A stretch of DNA of 64,000 nucleotides from the human T2T-CHM13v2.0 reference genome, Homo sapiens, in NCBI RefSeq assembly GCF_009914755.1, contig NC_060935.1. The stretch is one strand, 5' to 3'. This document shows positions 14,286 to 25,376 of the stretch, one piece after another (position 1 is the first letter of the stretch; every line of letters begins with the position of its first letter). A model generated the notes under the pieces. The model made no database searches. It was not told the origin of the DNA and was given only the letters and a program-made list of their open reading frames with translations. Made by a program: the position numbers and the translations under genes.

Positions 14286-15991
14286 GGCACATAGCATTAT
14301 TCTTTAAAAATTTTTACTAATAAATGACACGTAATAATTGTACATATTTACTGAGTACAATGTTATGTTTCAATGCATGTGTACATAGTATAATGATCAA
14401 ATTGGGCTATTGTAAATGTGTTGCATATTTCAAGATGGTGGAAAGAGAAGATTTTGAATGTTTTCACAAAACATCAATTTTGCCAGAGTCACAGGCCCAT
14501 CCAGATTCAAGGGGAGGCAATATAGACTTCATTTTTTGATAGACAGGTGTCAATGTTGCTTGTAAGAAATGCATGTGGGTTGATATATACTGGTGTGACC
14601 ATCTCTGCAAAATACAGTCTGCTACCCTCAGGCCTCTAGTAAGATAACCAACCATCCCAGTTTGCCCAAGACTGTCACTGAAAGTCTCACATTCCAAGAA
14701 ACCCTTCAGTTCTGGGAAAGAGCAGACAGTTGATCACTGTACTAGCCATAATTTGCATTGTTAACAAATTAAAAAATGTATTTATCCTCTCTCTTAAGTA
14801 CTCCATGTCTCATCTTATTATATCAGCTTGAAGTTCAAGATCTTGTCCCCTAATTCATATCTAGGTATAGATGAGACTCTGTAGTTAAAGTTCCTTGAAC
14901 ACAGATAATTAATGACTATTCCTTTTGATATGTATACTTATTGTCCGAGACTCATTAGCTACAAGGTAACTCAGTAGATAAATTAACAGTATTTTGTACC
15001 ATCCTCTAGATTTAGTGGGTATTTCTCATGCCTACTAGATTATTTCTTTCTCATAATTGACTTTACTTACATGACTTTTCAAATTCTTAGCTATTGTACA
15101 TTATTTCATTATTTTCATAATTATCATTACAAATCCTAATTCACTATACATAAAAACCTTCAGCCCAAATATTTTTCCTTTCAAATTCTGCAAATAGAAT
15201 GCAGCTTTTAACAAACAGCCTCATGAGGTGATAAATGACTGAAGCAGGAGATAACTATAATTAAGCACCAGATAGAGTTCTCTAAACCTCACTAAAAATT
15301 GCAAGACCATTCCCTACTCCTCTGGGATATGTTTTCGCTATGTTTTAGTATCCTCTACTGTCTAGTAGATCTGTTCAGGGACATGTCTCCAGATCAGGGG
15401 CTCCATCTTATTGATTTTATTGGGGAGGCACTAGGGTTTTGCCTGAGGAAATCTTACTCAGATGACAATCTGTTGCCCACTTGGCAAAACATGCTTTATT
15501 TATTTATTTTTTCTCAAAGTTCTCCCTTTTCTCCAATCTTGATGGACCTGGGGAAACTGAACAAGTCTCTATGGGGTTCAATATAAAGCCCTGACCTGTG
15601 GATTACTTGTAATTCCTCTCTCAGCCTGGGTGTGTGTGAAACTGCAGGACCCTGGAGTAGGTAAGGAGCTGCTGCAGATCCAGACTCCAGGGAAGAGGAG
15701 AGCTGAGACTCAGGCAAAAGGAAAGCAGATGGGGAGTTTTCCTCTTTCTGGATCTGATTCTAGTAGGAAGGACAGTTATCTGCATGAAGAGGAATAACTG
15801 CAACTCAGAATTTAATGCCAATCCTCCCTCCAAAATCTTGGAGACTTTGCCTGGTTCCCATCTCTGGCTCTCACAACTGATGAAAATGCAGTGAACTTCC
15901 TATGAGAGTAGGATGGGATCTATCAGCAATGTACCACAATCTCAGCTCTTTTTCCTCTTTCAGTTTACAGTGCAAGGTAGTAAGATCTGCT

Positions 15992-16027
<36 letters not shown>

Positions 16028-16254
16028 AAAACTGTTGTGAGATAGGATGAGGTAGGATTATGAGTATGAGAAGTGCTTCAGGAGCCAAATGACTGATCAA
16101 TGAGGGCTATTGTATTTTTCTCCCCTTAGGCTGGCTCCACAGATTTGGGAGAGAACATTCCCAACAATCTCTCAGGCACAGATAGATTTGGAATTTAGTT
16201 CCCCTGCTCAGTATGGGTGCTCAATGAAGTCAGGTACTAACTAACCAGCTCACC

Positions 16255-17206
16255 ATGCCACACCTCAGCAACACCACATCTGAGTTCCCAATCTTCCTCC
16301 TAACAGGCTTCCCTGGGCTGGAGGCCTTCCACATCTGGATCTCAATTCCCTTCTTCCTTCTGAGCACAGTTGCTCTCTTAGGGAACAGCATGATCCTATT
16401 GGTTGTTATTCTGGAGCCAAACCTCCATGAACCCATGTACTGTTTTCTCTTCATGCTGTCTGCCGCTGACCTGGGGCTGACCCTCTCCACAATGCCCACG
16501 ACCCTCAGTGTCCTCTGGTTCAGTGCACGTGAAATCATCCTCAATGCATGTATCATCCAGCTCTTTTTCCTCCACAGCTCTGGCTTTATGGAATCCTCAG
16601 TACTGATGGCCATGGCTTTTGACCGCTTTGTTGCCATTTGCAGACCCCTCAGATATGCTACCATCCTGACAGACTCCAGAATTCTAAAGATTGGTGTAGC
16701 AATAGTCCTAAGAACATTGATCAGCCTCTGTCCATCCCTCTTTCTCATTAAGAGACTGTCATTTTGCAAAGTCAATGTCCTTTCCCATTCTTACTGCTTC
16801 CACCCTGATGCGCTTAAAGTTGCATGTTCTGATTCAAGGATGAACAGCTATGGAGGCTTAGCTGTTCTCATTCTGGTCACCGGGGTTGGTACACCATGTG
16901 TTGCGCTTTCCTACATCCTGATAATCCACTCTGTACTAAACATCATCTCTTCAGAGGGACGGAGGAAGGCCTTCGACACTTGTGGATCTCACATTGGGGC
17001 AGTTGCAGTCTTCTACATTCCCTGGGTTGTTCTTTCAGTTGTCCACAGATTTTTCCACAAGGCTTCACCAATATGTCCACCCACTATTGTCCAACATCTA
17101 TTTCCTTGGCCCCTCTCGGCTGAACCCCATCATATATAGTGTGAAGACTAAACAAATCCGCAGGGCTATCCTCAAACTCTTTCAAACAAAATCAAAAGAA
17201 ATGTAA
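16255..17206 (+). pseudogene. OR51N1P: Class I OR51-family pseudogene with one +1 frameshift (likely OR51N1P)
   Basis: Has N-terminal NTT, GN, LHEPMY, MAFDRFVAIC, SHSYC and KAFDTCGSH. An extra A at 17070/17071 shifts TM7 (LNPIIYSVKTK) into another frame ending at TAA 17206. The symbol is inferred from recalled gene order. Confidence 0.9.
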
Positions 17207-17771
17207 TGGGGGCTTTTCTTCCTGCTGGGGTCTACCTGATTCAATCATATTCTGTTGCATTTCTCTCCCATGCCAACCCGTATTTCTTCTCTAATAACAA
17301 AAAGAAGAACAGTAATGCTTACTGAGCACCCACTATCTTCAAGTTCTGCATTTGTCTCCTTTAAGTACATGCTTTCTTTTACTTAGCTTAAACCACAGTT
17401 CTTTGAAATGGATAACCATAATTTCAATTTATGAATTAAGAAATTCAGGGACTAGAATATTGAATGATTAGTTTAAGATAAAAAATCTGGAATTTATATC
17501 CACAGCTATTGTCTCAAAATCCCATGCTCTTCCTGGATATCATGCTGGTTCTAAGTATAGAAGATACAGTTAGTGCCATTGTTTGAGGATACATGGATAT
17601 CCAGTTCTGCTCTCTCCCAGAATACTTAACAGGCACACAGCACATTGGAAAATTCCTGAAGAAGGGACACTATGACCCTATTCCTCTTCAATCTTCTATA
17701 TTCTTTCTGCTTTCTCAGAACAGCTGTGCTAACAGAGATTTTACTTCTGGGTATAACAGACTCTTAGGAGA

Positions 17772-17848
17772 CATGTTACAAGCCATGAGCTCCCTCTGTG
17801 AATCTCACTGAGATTCCTCCACAGAGGGAGCTCATGGCCTGTGACATG
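17772..17848. repeat. 77-nt inverted repeat/hairpin
   Basis: 29-bp arms at 17772-17800 and 17820-17848 with 2 mismatches, enclosing the inner palindrome AATCTCA-C-TGAGATT. Confidence 0.9.
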
Positions 17849-18971
17849 AGAACCGTAGATTTGAGAGAATTGAGGGTTCTAGTTGCTGGAGTAGTGTGAT
17901 GCTACCACATGCACAATTCACACATAAACAAGGAAAATGGCTTCTAAGAAGCAAAAGCTCAGTCACAGAAGCATTTTACCAGTAATAGCATTGCTTCTCA
18001 AATTTGCCTAATTTTCTATTTGTGACCTGGTAGATAACTGTACAGAAAAAAAATAGTATCTGCATAAGTATCCAAAGAAGCATTAATTTTTTTTTAACAT
18101 TTGATACAGTCAACTACAGAAACAGCAATTACAACACAGTTGGCATTGTCAAAAGAAAAACAGAATAAATTCATCTTGAGCTTTAGAGGTGCCAGTTTGG
18201 GTTTAGGCATTTTGAAGGGTTAGGAAGATGAGAGTTGGGCTCAAAAACAGGGTATTTCCTCAGTATTCTCAATGTGATTTCATTCAATGAAATGAATGAA
18301 CAGTGTTTTGGGGATGCTTTCTCACCTCAAGTAGACAATATATTCAATGTTGTCAGCATGTATTGAATGGATGGATGGATGGAAGGATATACAAGGGGAC
18401 CACAGCTATGATTATGTAGCTTTTGACCATGTCTCAGTTTTTGCCCTGGTATTACCTAACGCATGAGTTCCCAGCAAGCCTGCATGGTAGAGAATAAGAG
18501 CCTGATTCTCTCTTTGTGATTTTCCTCCACTTATCTATTTGTGGGTAAGTGGAAGTAAAGGATTGGTTTGGCTTTCTCTAAAACAGCTACTCACATCAGA
18601 CATTTGGCTAAGAAGTCTTGTTGAAAAATAGTAGTTTCTAATTTGAATGAGTGACATGTGGGGATGTTGAATATATGTAACTGAGGTTAGAGATTGTTGT
18701 GTTTCTATGTGGCATTTTTGTATTGCAAAATTTTAAATCAAGATGAATTTCAGATTGATTGGTTTGATTTATGTTTCTAAAGCCTCTTCTCTTACATTTT
18801 ATTGTAATTAAATTGCAAAATGCCTCATTCTCTATTTCTATCTGGAAAATAAAGTGATTTTGGGGTCTCTGTTACTATATTCTTTAACTAGGAATCTCCA
18901 GAAGATGCTGGTAGCAGGTTCCTGACTATATTCCCATTTTTTTTTGACAGGAATAGAGCTACACATGCTAG

Positions 18972-19331
<360 letters not shown>

Positions 19332-19561
19332 AGGATATCCCTTTTAAAGAAGAGGAATTCACACAGAATATGTTTACTTGGTTCAATAAAATATTTATGG
19401 AATATATATTAAGTAGCAGATGAAGGTTTAAAATAACAATATAGATAAGAAGATTGCATGTATAACAAAAGACCTATTAAATATGTAGCATTTGATATTT
19501 AAATAGATGGATGCACACATATTGAAAATTATAATACACAACTATATTTAAGAAGCAATTA

Positions 19562-19872
19562 GGCCAGGTACGGTAGCTCACGCCTGTAATCCCAGCACTT
19601 TGGGAGGCCAACGCGGGCCGATCACAAGGTCAGGAGATTGAGACCATCCTGGCTAACATAGTGAAACCCCGTCTCTACTAAAAATACAAAAAATTAGCCG
19701 GGTGTGGTGGCACGTGCCTATAATCCCAGCTACTCGGGAGGCTGAGGCAGGAGAATCTCTTAAACCTGGGAGGTGCGGAGGCTGCGGTGAGCCAAGATTG
19801 CGCCATTGCCATTGCACTCCAGCCTGGGCAACAGAGTGAGACTCTGTCTCAAAAACAAACAAACAAAAAAAA
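19562..19872 (+). mobile_element. Alu (AluS/Y)
   Basis: Full Alu; TSD AAGCAATTA; internal 6-bp duplication GCCATTGCCATTG. Confidence 0.9.
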
Positions 19873-22800
19873 GCAATTATTAAATAGTTTCATTTCAGAT
19901 TTTGAGGAAAAACTCAGCATATTTATGATGTTGCTGGAGTTTCTCCCATTTCACTCTGGGATTCAATTTTTTGACAGTAGGTCACACTTAGAAATGGGCC
20001 TCTCAGTCCCTCTTATTTCTTCCAGAAGAAGGTATGTAATTGCTATTTGGAGGAAGACATAAGTACTGGCAATTGTATGAGATCAAATCAGGCGATAGTT
20101 CTCTTCTCCAGAATGAGGGTGGTGTATGAGCAAAAATAGTAGGAAAGGGCCCAGGTAAGAACATGGTAAGTCAATCTGATGGTCTCGTCTTCCACACACC
20201 CTCTCCACTTCCACAAATGATCAATACACATGTTGCCTCCTGCCATAGGCTCTTAATGGCTCTCCATGAGTAGTGATTCACTTTTCTAGGTTAACCATGC
20301 CAACTCAATATTTCTTCATGCACACCATGCTTATTATGATGTTCATAGCTTAATAGTTACTGACGTTTAAAAATAAAGGTGCTAAGACCTTCAAATAATG
20401 TATCTCATAAGTGGTATACATTCAGAACTTTGTATATAAACGTCTCTTACATTTCTAATTATATCTTAACTGCTACCTTCGAAGTACATTATGCTGCCTT
20501 ATATTTAAAAAACCTAATATTCCAACATCCTGCTTGTTGTATCGGTTATTCTCAATTGTCTCATCAATCAATAATCATTTCTTGAGCACCTACTGTGTGC
20601 CAAGCCCTGATAAATCTGAAGCGTACATAAATAAAAGAGGCCACAATTTGTGCTTTTAGAATCTGAGAATCTACCACAGGAGGCTAAATAGATTCAAATG
20701 CCTGCAATGCAGTCAAGTACAGTGGTTAATAGTTGCGGCTATGAACAGAAGTGGGACATAATATTCCAGGCTAGGCAGCTGGGCTCATTCTTTGAATTAA
20801 TCCTTTAGATTCCAATAAGACTGCTGATTGACATCTTATCCAAGTCGGAGACCAATTTTTTTTCCTAGTAGAGGACTCTATAACCCATCATTTAAGAGAG
20901 TTTTACTAACTTAGTTGTGCCCGAACCTTGATCTCTGTTGGAGTGTTGAGGTCTTGCCCTCATCTCTCCTGATCAAGCTCCCACTGTGTACCCTAGGTCT
21001 AGTGCAAAGCAGCTGCCTAATTTCTCTGTATTTTAGATCACTCTCTTGGGTCATTATATTGTTAATACTATCACAACAAATTGTTCCTGCCTTGTTACCT
21101 TTACCAGCTTTTGCTCTTACTGTTGCAATTTATTTTGTCTTATTTCTCTTGTGAGGTTCTTAAGAGTGTAGAGTTCTCCATTTCTCTATGGCTATAATTC
21201 TTAGAAAAGTGCAAGATGCAAAATAATATATAATGAATTGAGTATTTCAAAAAGTTTGGGCTCTAGGACTAGGTCCCCTGTGCTTGTGTCCAGTGTTGGG
21301 TTCCAGATTTCTTTTTTCTCAGATTCCTGCTTCCCAGTAGGAATCACTTCACCCCGAGTCCTTCCCAGCTTAACTTCTCCCTCTGCTATCTGCTTGTTGT
21401 TTTTCTAGCAATCACCCTATCTAATTGTTTAGGTTTTCTTTGGGTCTTTAGAAAAGCATAATGTAGTAGATTGTGAGATTTTATAGCCTGAGTTCAAATC
21501 CTGGATTTTACCTACTAGCTGTGTAGCCATGCTCAAATTAATTAATATATGCTTCATATTCCTCATCTTATCTGTACAATGGAGATAATAGCAACAATAC
21601 TTTATAGAAGTGACAAGAGGGTTTAATAAGTTAGTATACTGATAACAATAATAACAGTCTATACTTGAAAAGTACAAGTGTTTGACTCAAAAAAAAAAAA
21701 GGATGTGCTCACACTAACACAAACTCACAGTTCAGTTCACAAAGACAGACACAACCTGAAAGAAAACACAAATAGCAAATAATGATAATTATGGAATTAT
21801 TTCCTTCGGAGGCAACTTCTCTCTTAAAAAGGAAGAGTTTTTAACGGGCCTAAGTACAAAACACCCTATCGCCCTCCCTCCAGCCCCTAACAAACCCTTA
21901 GCAACATATTTAGGGAGAGAGATTTTTGACAAGAACCACCAGGTCACTAGAATGTCTAGTTTGATCATTTTAAGTGACTTTGAGAGTAAAGAGCCTTGTT
22001 TGTGGGTTATGCAGATTTTCTCTGTTGTCCTGAGGAAAGAATGAGAGAAGCAATATCCATTTTCACTGTCTTGGGTCAGAATAAGAGAACACACACCCCT
22101 CAGTAGAATGCACTACTTATCAATAGTACTTGGGTCATTAGAAAACACGAAAATCCGATAGAGAGTTAAAAATCAAAAACTGAAAAGCAATCCTATTGTC
22201 TGGGTAGAACATGAACTTCTGTTATCACATACATGGCTTACAGTTGGGAAAACAGTGATCCTTTAGCTGCCTGAGGTTGGTCAGAGGTCTTTAGGTGGAC
22301 ATACAGAGAAAAGAAGAAGGAGCGGGGATTATATGTGTTGTTGTGTATTCGTTGTATCAGAATTTACTGGATACTTGCTATGGCCAGCCAATTGATAGTT
22401 ATTTTATATGTTTTATTTTATTATTGCTCTATAAAATGAGCATATTCTCTTACGTTTGTATCAGTAAAAACAAGCAACTAAAATTAGAGTGATTATCTCA
22501 AGTGAAACAAGACTTAAGTAACAGATTTAAGTGACCTATCTTACTGATAATTAAACCCATGTGATTCCAATAACCCATTTGAATGGGCGGGTGTGTTTAG
22601 AAGCAGTATCTACAACAAGACTATTTGTATTCCTACTTTTACATAAATAATCTCATTTAATTTTATAATCACCCTTTGATGTAACTATAGTTCCAGGTAT
22701 TATAAATAAATTGAGATGATGTCTCCCCTGTAATTTCATCGGATATTACCCCTAGTTCTTTACTGTGAGAACTCAGTCTCTGGTGCAAATCTCCTTGAGG

Positions 22801-23270
22801 AACACAGAAGCAACCAAACTCTTTGGTGTTTCTATTTTTTTTGTATCAACTAAAACTTGTGGCTTTTACAAATTGATAAAAAACGAGAGACTTATAAATA
22901 AATTAATAATTCAATGAATTTTGCTTGCTCTAATTAACGTAAATGAAGAGTCAAGGTAGTCTTAGGAAAATCCAGAATGTAGGATTATTCTATCCATTTT
23001 CCTAAGACATTCTATGTCTGTGTGGAATCATGATAAATTAGACAGCATTTTAAAAACAGTACTTGAATAGGGAAGCATTACATTTTTCATGCCATAGTTT
23101 CCTGGATCCTTGCTCTTCAAGGGTTTACATCCTGAGAATTACTCACATAGATTATTTCATGAAATTTTCCTTAAATAAAATTTAATAACAGCTTGGGATG
23201 AATTTGGTTATTTATACGTCTTTGGTCCTTGATTAACAGGAATAAAGAAAATCAAGTTGGTGATTCTATG

Positions 23271-24826
23271 GCAGGAAATTTTCCCACAAAATCTCTGTAC
23301 CATGTTTTCTTGGATATGCTTACTCTTTACCCCACAGGTGATGGTATTGAACATGGAAGGCACTAATGAGTAAAGGATGAGCAAGGAGATGGGAATCACT
23401 GTGAGTGTATGGTAGCAAAAGCAACAAGAGAAAAAGGAGTAGAATACTGAGATGTGCAGGAACAGGGTGACACAAATGTGGAAGGCATATATGCTAAATA
23501 CCTTGGGCAGAGATTCTCTGCAGGTAGCTACAGTACAGCCTGCAATGTCTGATATCTGTGGTTCTAATGACAAATATATCAAATCCAACCACAGAAAAGG
23601 CCATAAGAGACCACAGGTACGGACTATATATGTGATGTCTGCACATACCAGATTCAGCATGACCACTTGCTCATAGTAGGTCTAGGGCAAGATCTAGCTG
23701 AGGCAGAAGGGCATCTAGGAGAACATGAAGCAAAAGGGCTCATTCACAGTACACTCTGTGTCATTGTGAGAAACACACTCACCTGTCCAAACCCAAAGAA
23801 TAGACTCAGAGACAAGGAGAACAATAGATACGAGGCTTTTAATGGAGGTCTTGCAAGATCGGGTCTCTGGTGAGCAGGCATACCTGGTACAGTTACAACA
23901 AGCAATTTATCCCCTAGTATGCAAGTCCCCCACCTAGTTCCTCATAGGTTGAGTACTATGAGGTTGCAATCTTCCTGGATGTTGCATATATTTCTTTTCT
24001 TGGTCTTTATTGGTCGTTGGGTTGGAGCTTTAGGTATTTTCTTTAGGGTCTTCTCACTGCATTTTGTTGCAGCTTATAATGCATTGCAATCATTGTCAGC
24101 TCAGGGACTCTTTAGGTATTTGACCTATGACCCAGGCGGTTAGGCAAACTGTTAGGAATAGATAAGGTGGGCTATTTTGCAAGCTAGTAAACTCTCATTC
24201 TAAGCTAAACCCTTTGGTTCGGGTGAGGGTAACCAAGCAGTCCCGACAAGCAGGTGCTGGCTATTAAAGCAGAGGCCTAGAGTATCCTGTTCTTCCATAG
24301 TTTGCAGGTCCAGGCCTATTCCATGTACTTTGTCTTGAAAATAGATCACCATATATGTTATTTTCTGCATCATCACAACTGTTCTCGGCTTGACAGCCAA
24401 GAACGGTCAACACCCTGCAAAATGGCAGGGTGAGGTGGAAAGCAGATGAACACCTCTACTGTCCAGATGGGAACATCTCATGACCACCTCTGACCAACAT
24501 GGGAGAGAGTATGAATGAATCAGACTAGCATGGTTCAGGCAGCTATAGAAGTTGAATTTATGGGCTTAGAACCAATAAAAGGATAATGTCTTAGGTTATG
24601 TGTAAGACCACCTCACTCATCAAACTTAGAAGCATCAGAAAGAAATATATGTGTTCCTAGAAGTAGTTAATGCAGGTCACATGAAAGAAGGGCAATATTA
24701 AATACAGCAGCCACAACAACAGCTGATAAAGCACAGGAAACGGATCCAGAATTGGGAAATCTGCCACCCTGGAAAGACACAAGAAGCAGGTGTGTGTTGT
24801 GTGGGGTGGGGGCTTTAGATCCCAAT
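23271..24826 (-). pseudogene. OR52Y1P: Decayed OR52R1-like pseudogene interrupted by an LTR (likely OR52Y1P)
   Basis: The 3' half (ORF 23208-23666: MLNLVCADI...AFHICV...PSMFNTITCGVKSKHI) and SPFCFM..MPFC align to OR52R1. The 5' half at 24370-24826 (HIYFFLM; PKTLSFYWF; VKPRTVVM) has many frameshifts and stops. The symbol is inferred from position. Confidence 0.85.
23765..24369 (-). mobile_element. Solo ERV LTR (~605 bp, LTR18-like, tentative)
   Basis: TG...CA termini; TSD TCAT (23761-23764 and 24370-24373); minus-strand TATA-like motif at about 24073 and ATTAAA at about 23838-23843. Confidence 0.8.
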
Positions 24827-25322
24827 GGTGGTATCAGAGGATGACTGCTGCCCTAACATTTGGGGGAGAAACCTATCCTCTGAAGAGACCAACCAAGTAA
24901 TAAACACATATTATTTCCGAAAAGATTGGGAATTATGAGGGCCAAGTGATTAGAAAATTGTCTGAACAGGAAACTACGTATCATATGTAAATCAACACAC
25001 ATTTTTTACTCAATTAAACCTAACAAAATTGGGCTACATCCAGTTTCAATAATGTTTATCAATCACAAGCCGAAATTTATAGAATGAAGAATAAGCATTT
25101 CAAAGGTTAAATGTCCAAATGGAAATGAGTCACATTAAATGCTACATTAAACATTAAACATAAGAACACTTGTCCTTTGTTTCCACATAAAAGTCAATTA
25201 CATCTAAAAAAATTACTTTATTATGCCTGTGGGCAGGTCTAAACCTTCTTTTATTTTATGCACATGAAATTAAAATAAATTGGAAAAATCAAGAAGATGG
25301 TGGGAGAGGACGAAGGGGACAG

Positions 25323-25341
25323 GGAGAGAGAAAGAGAGAGA

Positions 25342-25372
<31 letters not shown>
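25323..25372. repeat. (GA)n microsatellite
   Basis: Interrupted GA run, read directly. Confidence 0.9.

Positions 25373-25376
<4 letters not shown>

Noticed and set aside
16230-16775. 181-aa antisense ORF, and similar ones at 33350-33862, 51101-51298 and 61572-61808
   Set aside because: These are shadow ORFs opposite OR coding sequence, a common result of OR codon bias.
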